From Alphaproteobacteria bacterium (lineage in GTDB: Bacteria > Pseudomonadota > Alphaproteobacteria > CAAHEQ01 > UBA3637), in the NCBI GenBank assembly GCA_045605805.1, contig JAZUQR010000022.1, positions 1 through 35,083 on the forward strand: a stretch of 35,083 nt of DNA, in the 5' to 3' direction. The notes under the pieces were generated by a model. It was not told the DNA's origin and did not search any database. It saw nothing but the letters and a program-made list of their open reading frames with translations. The position numbers and the translations under genes are program-made. How positions within the stretch are numbered: position 1 is the stretch's first letter; every line of letters starts with the position of its first letter. Of this stretch, positions 1-8,024 are shown one piece after another.

Positions 1-148
1 TTTTACAGGTTTATTTTTTTGAGGGTGGGGTGGTATTGCAAAAAGAGTGATTTTTGTTCATAAGAGTCTCCTTTTCTTTCAAAAGAAGCTAACATACAAA
101 AAGAAATAATGCAAGATTTTTTTTGATAAGAGAGAGGGGCAGGCTTAT

Positions 149-784
149 CTATTGACTGACCCAAACCACCCGAGCCATCCAACAAATATCTTCGGGCAAT
201 AAAGAAATCATGGCGTGTTCGGTGTTTAAGGATTTTAATTCAATTTTTTTGGCACTTTTATGGTGCAATTCCTTTACCATTACCTCACCTGTGGTCAATT
301 TGACAACGATTCGGTCGTTGATACGCACTTCCGAATCAGGTTGCACAATCAATTTATCGCCTTCACGATACACAGGTTCCATGCTGTTGCCTGAAACTTC
401 CAAAGCATAAACCCCTTTTGCCACTTGGATGGGAAACTCAATACCATCCCATTCGTCCAAAGATAAAGGATGCCCGTCTGAATCAAAAAAGCCTTCACGG
501 CCTGCCTTGGCCAGCCCTAATAAGGGGATAGTATATTTTGGGGCAGGAATAGATTGTCCGGCAAACTCCATAAACTCAAAAACAGTGGTGTTTGTGGCTT
601 TTAACACCTTATTCATACTTTCTGTGGAAGGCCACCTTTTGCGCCCATCAGCCCCGATTCGTTTTGATTTGTTAAAGCTGGTAGGGTCTAAACCGGCTTT
701 TTGGGCCAAGGCCGATAAAGAAAGTCCTTTTGCATGTGCAAGATTTTCTAAACCAACCCAGATTTCTTGATATGACAGATGCAT
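149..784 (-). CDS. LexA/CI-like transcriptional repressor (N-terminal HTH + S24 autopeptidase domain)
   Basis: N-terminal HTH-like segment (GLSLSALAQKAGLDPTSFNKSKR...RWPSTES), candidate Ala-Gly cleavage site (LAKAGREG), S24 catalytic Ser (SGNSMEP) and Lys (VMVKEL). ATG at 784 follows GAAAGGA, so it is preferred over the GTG at 799. Confidence 0.9.
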   Translation of the reverse strand: MHLSYQEIWVGLENLAHAKGLSLSALAQKAGLDPTSFNKSKRIGADGRKRWPSTESMNKVLKATNTTVFEFMEFAGQSIPAPKYTIPLLGLAKAGREGFFDSDGHPLSLDEWDGIEFPIQVAKGVYALEVSGNSMEPVYREGDKLIVQPDSEVRINDRIVVKLTTGEVMVKELHHKSAKKIELKSLNTEHAMISLLPEDICWMARVVWVSQ

Positions 785-816
785 GATAAATCCTTTCACT
801 TTTTAGTTGTGGCTAT

Positions 817-845
817 TTTATAGCATATTATTTTTGAAATGTCAA
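817..845 (-). promoter_or_regulatory. sigma70-type promoter of the repressor gene
   Basis: Minus strand reads TTGACA (845-840), 17 nt, TATAAA (822-817), with an extended -10 TG. Confidence 0.75.
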
Positions 846-861
846 TAGGATTTTTTTCTTA
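846..861. promoter_or_regulatory. putative repressor operator 1 (TAGGA-N6-TCTTA)
   Basis: Imperfect palindrome between two back-to-back -35 hexamers; a matching palindrome occurs at 1695-1710. Confidence 0.55.
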
Positions 862-869
862 TTTTACTC

Positions 870-898
870 TTGACAAAACATAAAAAATGAATTATGTT
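870..898 (+). promoter_or_regulatory. sigma70-type promoter of the 938-1712 operon
   Basis: TTGACA (870-875), 17 nt, TATGTT (893-898). Confidence 0.7.
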
Positions 899-910
899 CT
901 GGTTTTGTTC
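896..910 (+). promoter_or_regulatory. alphaproteobacterial LexA (SOS) box GTTC-N7-GTTC
   Basis: GTTC tggtttt GTTC is an exact match to the known alphaproteobacterial LexA direct repeat and overlaps the -10 element and expected start site. Confidence 0.75.
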
Positions 911-937
911 TCATATTTTTAAGGAAAGGGGGTAAAA

Positions 938-1294
938 ATGAGGAATAAATACCTATCATTTGAAGAAGGTCGGGAAGTATTGACATTTAATTCGGCCGAA
1001 GAAGCATGGTTTTGGTATTGTTTATGTGAACAAATGGAACGGCATAAAGGAAAAAAATCTGCTTCGTCTGTTGTGCGTCCGTGTGAGGCTTCGGATATCG
1101 TTATTGCGGTTAAACGATTGGCTCAAACAGGGCAATTAAAAGCCAAACATATCAAGGTGTTGTCTAAATACGGTTTTTGTCAAGTGCCGCCTCATCCTCA
1201 TTTTGGGGATAGTCTAAAAATTTGCGAATTGTGGAAAGAAGCCTTGGGCTTTTTGGGGGATATTTTGAAGAAAAAGGGAATTGTGACAGCATAA
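938..1294 (+). CDS. hypothetical protein, candidate activator/antiterminator of the virion operon
   Basis: 118 aa with a good RBS (AAGGAAAGGGGG); motifs FNSAEEAWFW, RPCE and LWKEAL...LKKKGIV. Function is inferred from context only. Confidence 0.6.
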   Translation: MRNKYLSFEEGREVLTFNSAEEAWFWYCLCEQMERHKGKKSASSVVRPCEASDIVIAVKRLAQTGQLKAKHIKVLSKYGFCQVPPHPHFGDSLKICELWKEALGFLGDILKKKGIVTA

Positions 1295-1313
1295 AAAAAA
1301 CAAAGGAAATCAA

Positions 1314-1712
1314 ATGATTAAAAGTTTTTTATCCGTAGGTTATCGGCCAGCATTTGCTTATGTCGCTTTTGGTGGAGAAGTTTCGCATTGGTGGACAAAG
1401 TTTTTGAAAAAAGGCTTTTACCATTGTTTTCTAATTTTTGGAAACGGGCGAGAATGGTATATCATTGATCCGTTGATTCATTTTACGGATTTGATAATTG
1501 TAAAAACACAAAATATAGAACATTTTTTCAAGGAAAAAGGCTATATTTTAGTGCGGACAACGCCCACTGTTCCCAATAAAATAAAACTGAGTTTGCGCCC
1601 CTGCACATGTGTGGAAACAGTGCGCCGTTTTTTGGGGGTTCAAGACAAAAAAATATGGACACCGTATCAACTTTTTTGCTTTTTAATGAAAAAAAAGGAA
1701 AATAATCCTTGA
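1314..1712 (+). CDS. putative circularly permuted papain-like (NlpC/P60-type) protein
   Basis: His motif (GFYHCFL) precedes a Cys motif (CTCVETVRRFLG) and a terminal TPYQL, the order seen in permuted papain folds; RBS AAAGGA. Confidence 0.5.
   Translation: MIKSFLSVGYRPAFAYVAFGGEVSHWWTKFLKKGFYHCFLIFGNGREWYIIDPLIHFTDLIIVKTQNIEHFFKEKGYILVRTTPTVPNKIKLSLRPCTCVETVRRFLGVQDKKIWTPYQLFCFLMKKKENNP
1695..1710. promoter_or_regulatory. putative repressor operator 2 (AAGGA-N6-TCCTT)
   Basis: Palindrome with perfect 5-bp arms, overlapping the first two bases of the -35 hexamer at 1709. Confidence 0.6.
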
Positions 1713-1737
1713 CATTTTCAAAAAAATATGCTATACT
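1709..1737 (+). promoter_or_regulatory. near-consensus sigma70 promoter upstream of the virion operon
   Basis: TTGACA (1709-1714), 17 nt, TATACT (1732-1737), with an extended -10 TG. Confidence 0.8.
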
Positions 1738-1775
1738 GTGTTCCAGTTAAAGGGGATAAGTGTATCCGATAACAA

Positions 1776-1805
1776 AAAACCACTCTCTGTGTGAGGGTGG
1801 TTTTT
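1776..1805 (+). terminator. intrinsic terminator in the leader of the portal gene
   Basis: AAAAACCACTCTC-TGTGT-GAGGGTGGTTTTT hairpin (one G-U pair) with a T run; it ends 26 nt before the portal ATG. Confidence 0.75.
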
Positions 1806-1831
1806 CTATTTACAATTGAAAGGGAGACAAA

Positions 1832-3325
1832 ATGACAGACATAACACTGTTATATAATACATATAAAAAAGCCTTAAATGAAAGAAGTTTTTGGGAAAGC
1901 ACATGGCAAGAATGCTATGAATATGCATTTCCGCAACACGAATCGGTGTTTTCAAATGTGACCAGCAAAACGAATCGCTTGTTTGACGGCACAGCACCAG
2001 ATGCGGTTGATCAGTTAGGCGCAACCATGTTGTCACAATTGACACCACCATGGACAAAGTGGTTTTCTTTAACAGCCGGTTCAGACTTGACCCAAGAAGA
2101 ACAAGCCAAAGTTGCGCCTCTTTTAGAGCAAATCACCCAAAGCCTTCAAAATAATCTGGACAGAAGTAATTTTGCCATGGAAGTGCATCAATGTTATTTG
2201 GATTTAATCACAGCTGGCACAGCTTGTTTGATGTTTGAGGAAGCACCGTATGGCTGTGGTTCTGCATTTCATTTTACGGCTATACCCTTGTCGCAACTGT
2301 GTCTTGCAGAAGGACCAACCGGACGCTTAAATCATATTTTCCGAACAATTGATTTGGATTATGACAGCTTTGTGGAAAAGTTTCCTCTGGCTCATCTGAA
2401 CAAAGAAACAGAACAAAAAGCCAAAAAAGAAAAAGTTGTTTTGCAAGTTATAGAGTGTGTCCAGCCGAATGCACATGGCACCTATGATTACACAGCCTTT
2501 TTGAATCCTGATTGCCAACAAGTCACCAATAGCGGCGAGATGGTATGCTTAAAAGAAAGCACATACGAAACCTCACCGTTTATTGCATTCCGTTGGCTGA
2601 AAGCACCAGGGGAGGTGTATGGCCGTTCTCCTGTGATGAAAGCGTTGCCGGATATTAAAACGGCAAACAAGGTGGTAGAATTGATTTTGAAAAACGCCAC
2701 CATCGCTGTGACAGGAATCTGGTTGGCCGAAGATGACGGGGTGTTAAACCCTGCCAATATCCAGCTGACCCCTGGTGCGATTATTCCAAAAGCGGTTGGC
2801 TCAAAAGGCTTGACGGCTTTGGAATCCCCAGGCAAGTTTGATGTATCACAGTTGGTGATTAAAGATTTGCGTGAACATATTCGTCATGCCTTATTGGGTG
2901 ATAAGTTGGGGCAATTGGACAGCTCTGCCAAAATGACAGCCACCGAAGTGAAGGAACGCACAGACGATATGTTGCTTGTTTTGGGGGCCACCTATGGGCG
3001 ACTTCAAACAGAATTGTTGATGCCTTTAATTGAACGGGCAACGGCTTTGTTGCGCAAAAGGGGTGAAATCCCTGATTTGTTCATTGATGGGCGTTATTTG
3101 AAAATAACCTATCAATCTGGTCGCAGTGAAAAACAAGCCGAAAAAGAAGCCGCAAACGCTTTAACATGGTTGGGTGAAATTGCAAAATTGGGTGAAAATG
3201 CCTTGGCAGAAATTGATGTACCAGCCTTTGTCAAATGGTTGGGCGAAAAATTAAACATTCCAACGGCATTGTTCAAATCAAGCGAAACAAAAGCCCCATT
3301 CATTCCACTATCACAAACACTTTAA
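1832..3325 (+). CDS. phage portal / head-to-tail connector protein, T7 gp8-like podoviral type
   Basis: 497 aa with LFDGTA, LTPPWTKWF, RWLKAPGEVYGRSP, ALPDIK and MTATEV motifs typical of podoviral connectors. Confidence 0.92.
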   Translation: MTDITLLYNTYKKALNERSFWESTWQECYEYAFPQHESVFSNVTSKTNRLFDGTAPDAVDQLGATMLSQLTPPWTKWFSLTAGSDLTQEEQAKVAPLLEQITQSLQNNLDRSNFAMEVHQCYLDLITAGTACLMFEEAPYGCGSAFHFTAIPLSQLCLAEGPTGRLNHIFRTIDLDYDSFVEKFPLAHLNKETEQKAKKEKVVLQVIECVQPNAHGTYDYTAFLNPDCQQVTNSGEMVCLKESTYETSPFIAFRWLKAPGEVYGRSPVMKALPDIKTANKVVELILKNATIAVTGIWLAEDDGVLNPANIQLTPGAIIPKAVGSKGLTALESPGKFDVSQLVIKDLREHIRHALLGDKLGQLDSSAKMTATEVKERTDDMLLVLGATYGRLQTELLMPLIERATALLRKRGEIPDLFIDGRYLKITYQSGRSEKQAEKEAANALTWLGEIAKLGENALAEIDVPAFVKWLGEKLNIPTALFKSSETKAPFIPLSQTL

Positions 3326-3338
3326 CAAGGAGAAAAAA

Positions 3339-3998
3339 ATGACACAAGAAATTGAACAAAAAGAAAACACACCCAAAGTTCCAGAAAAGTTTTTGGATGA
3401 AAATGGTGAATTAAAAACCAATGAATTGTTAAAATCATACCTGACATTAGAAAAAAAGATGTCGGAACCAAAAGCAAGCGAAAAACAAATACCAAAATCA
3501 TCTGCCGATTATCAAATCACAATCAAAAATAATCTGATAGAGGCCGACCCACAGGTGAACGAAATACTGTTTCAACATGGATTCACAAACGAACAGGCCC
3601 AAGTGGTGTATGATTTGGCCACAGACCGTATTTTACCCATGATGCAGGCCATGATGGAAGATGTGGCGGCAGACCGTGAGTTGCAAAAGTTGGAAGAAGC
3701 CTTTGGAGGTTTGGAACAATTCAACACAATTGCCCGACAAATCTCGGCATGGGCAGAAAAAAATCTGTCTCCAGAAACATTCAACGCATTGGCAAAATCA
3801 AAAGACGGCATTATGACAATGTATCAAATGATGCAGACCAATTCGGAATCTCCCTTGATTCAAGGAAAAGGCCATTTGCCCGAAAAAGATGATGAAGCCA
3901 GTTTGAAAAAATTGATGCAAAATCCAAAGTACTGGCGAGACCAAGATCCGGAGTTGTTAAAACGAGTGGAAGCCGGATTCAAACGCCTGTACGGGTAA
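3339..3998 (+). CDS. capsid assembly scaffolding protein
   Basis: Lies between portal and capsid genes; VPEKF...LLKSYLTLEKK N-terminus and C-terminal PKYWRDQDP...V...FKRLYG as in podoviral scaffolds. Confidence 0.8.
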   Translation: MTQEIEQKENTPKVPEKFLDENGELKTNELLKSYLTLEKKMSEPKASEKQIPKSSADYQITIKNNLIEADPQVNEILFQHGFTNEQAQVVYDLATDRILPMMQAMMEDVAADRELQKLEEAFGGLEQFNTIARQISAWAEKNLSPETFNALAKSKDGIMTMYQMMQTNSESPLIQGKGHLPEKDDEASLKKLMQNPKYWRDQDPELLKRVEAGFKRLYG

Positions 3999-4001
3999 AA
4001 G

Positions 4002-4063
4002 TTTTATGGACAAGTTGAAAAACCCCATAAAAATCAAAAAAGGCGAAGGAAACTTCATAACCT
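4002..4063 (+). ncRNA. putative cis-regulatory two-hairpin RNA element in the capsid leader
   Basis: TTTTATGG-ACAA-GTT-GAAA-AAC-C-CCATAAAA and AGG-C-GAAG-GAAA-CTTC-ATAA-CCT; both have GAAA tetraloops and a C/AYAA internal loop. Confidence 0.5.
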
Positions 4064-4104
4064 GAAAAAACTAAAAAAAAACAAATATAACAGAAAGGAA
4101 AAAA

Positions 4105-4959
4105 ATGACAACAAATACAAAAGGCATTGATGCCTCTTTTATTAAACATTTTGAAGCAGAAGTTCATACCGCTTATCAACAACAAGGATCTAAATTGAAA
4201 AAAACAGTTCGTTTCAAAGACGGTATCACAGGGGCCAGCACCACTTTCCAAGTGATTGGCGCCCAAAGTGCCAACCAAAAAACGGGCCGCAACGAACAAT
4301 TGACACCGTCGTCTGTCACGCATGAACCAGTGGAATGTGTTTTGTCCGATTGGTATGCCGGCCAATGGGTGGATAAATTGGATGAATTGAAAGTTGGGCA
4401 TGATGAACGCAAAGTGTTGGCCACAGCGGGAGCCTATGCATTGGGTCGTAAAACAGACGAATTGATTATTGGGGCTTTATCGGCCGCTACTCAAGAAGCA
4501 GGCGATGCCACACAAGCATTGACAAAAGAACGCATCTTAAAGGCCTTCCAAATGCTGAACACAAATAATGTGCCAGATGATGGGGAACGCTATGCATTGG
4601 TTGGGCCTGCCCAATGGAATCAATTATTGAATTTGGAAGAGTTTTCCAATGCCAACTATGTGGGCGAAGAACATCCGTTTATCGCTGGCTCTGAATCCAG
4701 AAAATGGATGGGCATCAATTGGATTATGCATACAGGCTTGCCTGCGTCGGGAGCCGAGGCTGAGGATACAACAACCTGTTTCATCTATCATAAATCCGCA
4801 GTAGGATTGGCTGCTGGTCAGGAAATTGTCACCGACATCACATGGCATGGCGATTATGCAGCCCATTATGTGAATAATATGATGAGCCAAGGGGCATGTT
4901 TAATTGACAACCAAGGTGTTGTAAAAATGGTTTGCATCAACAACGAATCCAATGCTTAA
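4105..4959 (+). CDS. major capsid protein
   Basis: 284 aa; FIKHFEAEVHTAYQQQGSKL, DKLDELK, AYALGRKTDELII and C-terminal GACLIDNQGVV resemble podoviral capsid proteins; strong RBS and a downstream terminator. Confidence 0.88.
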   Translation: MTTNTKGIDASFIKHFEAEVHTAYQQQGSKLKKTVRFKDGITGASTTFQVIGAQSANQKTGRNEQLTPSSVTHEPVECVLSDWYAGQWVDKLDELKVGHDERKVLATAGAYALGRKTDELIIGALSAATQEAGDATQALTKERILKAFQMLNTNNVPDDGERYALVGPAQWNQLLNLEEFSNANYVGEEHPFIAGSESRKWMGINWIMHTGLPASGAEAEDTTTCFIYHKSAVGLAAGQEIVTDITWHGDYAAHYVNNMMSQGACLIDNQGVVKMVCINNESNA

Positions 4960-4970
4960 ACAAAAAAACG

Positions 4971-5006
4971 AAAAGGTCCTCCTGTAAAAACAGGGGGACT
5001 TTTTTT
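4971..5006 (+). terminator. intrinsic terminator after the capsid gene
   Basis: GTCCTCCTGT-AAAA-ACAGGGGGAC stem-loop followed by TTTTTTT. Confidence 0.85.
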
Positions 5007-5026
5007 ATAACAGAAAGGAAACCAAA

Positions 5027-5596
5027 ATGACTTATACAAAAATAGATTTATGCGCACGGGCATTGGTAAAATTGGGCGCAAGCGCAATTGCCTCGTTTGA
5101 GGAAGAAACAGCCGAAGCCCAAGTATGCGCCCAACTGTATGAACCAACTTTGGAAAGCCTTTTGGCCGCCTATCCATGGCGGTTTGCATTGAAAAAGACA
5201 ACTCTTGCCCGATTGATTGACAAACCCTCTGCTGATTATCAATACGCTTTTCAAGTACCAAACGATTGCGTGCGGGTATTATCGGCCGGAAATGGTTTCA
5301 AAAGTCAAGGGATTGATTATAAAATCGTTGGCAAGACCTTGCATACAAATGCAAACAAAGTAATCATTTCATACATTTCAAAATTGGATGAATCAAACTT
5401 TCCTGTGTTTTTCTGTAATGCATTGATTGCAAAATTGGCGGCAGAAATGTGTTTGCCTTTAACAGAAAGTACAAGCCGAACGGAATATATGTATAAACGA
5501 TTTGAAGAAGAATTGAAAACGGCAAAATTGACCGACAGTCAACAAGATATTGCGCCTTGTTTTCAAGATTTTTCGTTGATTGAGGTGCGCCAATGA
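5027..5596 (+). CDS. tail tubular protein A / head-tail adaptor (T7 gp11-like)
   Basis: 189 aa; IDLCARALVKLG, YPWRFA and YQYAFQVPNDCVRV motifs; position directly after the capsid gene. Confidence 0.8.
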   Translation: MTYTKIDLCARALVKLGASAIASFEEETAEAQVCAQLYEPTLESLLAAYPWRFALKKTTLARLIDKPSADYQYAFQVPNDCVRVLSAGNGFKSQGIDYKIVGKTLHTNANKVIISYISKLDESNFPVFFCNALIAKLAAEMCLPLTESTSRTEYMYKRFEEELKTAKLTDSQQDIAPCFQDFSLIEVRQ

Positions 5597-7518
5597 CAAA
5601 TATCTTTTCAAGTAAAACTAATTTTTCTGCGGGAGAAATCTCCTCGGATTTGTTGGGGCGAGTGGATTTAAGCGCATATGCCAACGGGGCCTGTTGTTTG
5701 AAAAATGTGTTTTTGGAACCCACAGGCGGCATTCATCGGCGCAGCGGTTTGCGCTATATTGCCAACACAGGGAAAACTGGTCGCTTGATTGCCTTTGAAC
5801 AAAAAGCAGAAGAACGCTTTTTGTTTGTTATTCAAGCAGGGGAAACAAAAATCTATCAACACGATATTTTGATGCAAACCCTTGAAACACCGTGGCAGGA
5901 AAATCAATTATCCCAACTCAATTGGTGTCAAGTGTCGGACGGCATTTTAATTGTTCATCCCAAAACAAAACCATATAAAATAAAATATCAAAATGAAAGA
6001 TGGGTATTGGAGGCATTTTCATTTTTAACCGAACAAGAATGTATCCGTCAACCCTATGTCCGTTTTTGTAAGGATGAAGTGACAATGTCGTCGTCGGGGT
6101 GTGACGGTGAAGTCACTCTTACAGCAAGCAGTGATGTTTTTGAACAAAGGCATATCAATGAACAATTCAAATTGGCCTCTGGCTATGTGCAAATCAAAAG
6201 CGTGGATAGCCCAACCCAAGCCAGAGCAATCGTGAAAAAGAAATTGCTGGAAGGCGAGAATATCGGTGCCAGCACAAAGTTGGAAGCAACCCGAAGTTGG
6301 GGAGAACCCGCTTTTTGTGAGGAAAAAGGATGGCCACAAACGGTGTGTACTTATCAATCCCGTTTGGTTTTTGGGGGAAGTCCGTCATTGCCCAGCACAT
6401 TGTGGTTCAGCCAAACCGGTGATGTGACAAACTTTGAACAAGGGTCTGGTTATGATGCGCAAGCCATAGAATTCAAAATCTTGTCAAACCAATCCGACCA
6501 TATTGTAGCCCTTTTTGCGAATCGACATTTGCAGGTTTTTACCACCAGTGCAGAATGGATGGTTTCGGGCGATCCTTTAACCCCAAGCGATATTCAGTTA
6601 AAGCGTCAAACCCAAGTTGGCAGCAGGTCGGATATCTTTGTGCCACCGTTAGGGATTGATGGGGCAACCATCTTTGCGGCCATCAATGGGCGTGAAATTC
6701 GTGAGTTTTTATTTTCGGATTTGGAAGGAATGTATCAAGCAACGGATATTTCTTTGTTGGCAAGGCATTTGATTCAAACCCCCATAGATATGGCCTATGA
6801 TAAATATGAACGCCAAGCCTATATTGTGATGCAAAATGGGGCGTTGGCGGTTCTAACAAGTTTTCGGTCAGAAAATCTTCAAAGTTGGACACAACAACAA
6901 ACAAAAGGGCGTTTTTTGTCCGTCGCAATTTTGGGACAGAGGGCCTATTTTCTTATCAATCGGGATGGGCAATATATACTGGAATGTTTTGATAAAAACC
7001 TGAATACAGACAGCGGTGTGCTTGCCTTGTTTGACACAGAGCAACAAGAAATATCAGGCTTGACACATCTGGAATCAAAACAGGTGGTTTTAACATCAGA
7101 CGGTGTGGTGCTGGATAAACAAACGGTTCAAAATGGCAAATGTGATTTAAGTATTGCCGGTAAGAAAATTGAAGTCGGCTTACCCTTTGAACATCAAGTG
7201 ACACCTCTGCCACCTGTTGCCGGTGCAAGCAACGGCAATGCGTTGGTGTCCAGTTGTCGTTTGGTGCGTCTTGTCTTGCGCTTGATAGATACACAATCGT
7301 TGGAAATAGACACTGGCGCAGGCATACATCAGGAATTGGTGCCAAAGTTGTTGGACTGCCACCTCAACAAGCCAATCCTAAGCCAAACAAAAGATGTTGT
7401 GTTAAGGTGTTTAGGATGGGTCAGAACACCAACCCAGCCTTTGTGGGAAATCAAAGGGTCAAATCCGCAACCGTTTCGGTTGGTTTCTTTAACAAGTGAT
7501 ATAAAATTAGGAGGTTAA
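5593..7518 (+). CDS. tail tubular protein B / nozzle (T7 gp12-like)
   Basis: 641 aa; N-terminal NFSAGEIS..L.GRVD, GGIHRRSG, GWP...YQSRLVFGG and WFSQTGD motifs of podoviral nozzle proteins; ATGA overlap with the adaptor gene. Confidence 0.82.
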   Translation: MTNIFSSKTNFSAGEISSDLLGRVDLSAYANGACCLKNVFLEPTGGIHRRSGLRYIANTGKTGRLIAFEQKAEERFLFVIQAGETKIYQHDILMQTLETPWQENQLSQLNWCQVSDGILIVHPKTKPYKIKYQNERWVLEAFSFLTEQECIRQPYVRFCKDEVTMSSSGCDGEVTLTASSDVFEQRHINEQFKLASGYVQIKSVDSPTQARAIVKKKLLEGENIGASTKLEATRSWGEPAFCEEKGWPQTVCTYQSRLVFGGSPSLPSTLWFSQTGDVTNFEQGSGYDAQAIEFKILSNQSDHIVALFANRHLQVFTTSAEWMVSGDPLTPSDIQLKRQTQVGSRSDIFVPPLGIDGATIFAAINGREIREFLFSDLEGMYQATDISLLARHLIQTPIDMAYDKYERQAYIVMQNGALAVLTSFRSENLQSWTQQQTKGRFLSVAILGQRAYFLINRDGQYILECFDKNLNTDSGVLALFDTEQQEISGLTHLESKQVVLTSDGVVLDKQTVQNGKCDLSIAGKKIEVGLPFEHQVTPLPPVAGASNGNALVSSCRLVRLVLRLIDTQSLEIDTGAGIHQELVPKLLDCHLNKPILSQTKDVVLRCLGWVRTPTQPLWEIKGSNPQPFRLVSLTSDIKLGG

Positions 7519-7519
7519 A

Positions 7520-8014
7520 ATGGGCGCAACAACAGCCGCAGTTGTGACAGTTGCAGCCGTTTTGGGGTCAGCTTATTTTCAGCATGAACAAATTCAAGCA
7601 GAAAAAAAAGCCACGAAACGAGCAAATGCATTGGCACACGAACAAAATAAAATAGAACAGGAAAATCAACAGGCAATTTTGCAAGAAGAATTGCGTAAAA
7701 ATAGAAATCTTTTGGCTCAGCAACAATCAGCCTATAAAGCTAAATTGGGAGCCAGCGGACTCAGCACCACATCCGGTTCAGGTCAAGTGGTTTTGGATAC
7801 CATGCAAAAAGAAGCGGATATGGAAGAAAAATACTTAAAACAGCAAAATGATTATACATTGAAGCGGTTAAACACAAACCTGAAACAAACAAATAACAGA
7901 AATTTGCTGAATTTAGAAAAGTTGAAATTGAATACGCAAGGAAATCTGTTTAATGCCACAGTACAATCCATCAAAACCGGTGCAGGCAGCAATCAATCTG
8001 CTCAGATAAAATAA
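7520..8014 (+). CDS. putative small internal virion (ejection) protein
   Basis: Hydrophobic Ala/Val N-terminus, Q-rich helical region and GASG...SGS motif; position after the nozzle as for T7 gp14-like proteins. Confidence 0.55.
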   Translation: MGATTAAVVTVAAVLGSAYFQHEQIQAEKKATKRANALAHEQNKIEQENQQAILQEELRKNRNLLAQQQSAYKAKLGASGLSTTSGSGQVVLDTMQKEADMEEKYLKQQNDYTLKRLNTNLKQTNNRNLLNLEKLKLNTQGNLFNATVQSIKTGAGSNQSAQIK

Positions 8015-8024
8015 AGGAGAAAAA

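Noticed and set aside
800-1831. CtrA boxes in the cassette promoters
   Set aside because: Only isolated TTAA half-sites are present; none has the N7 spacing.
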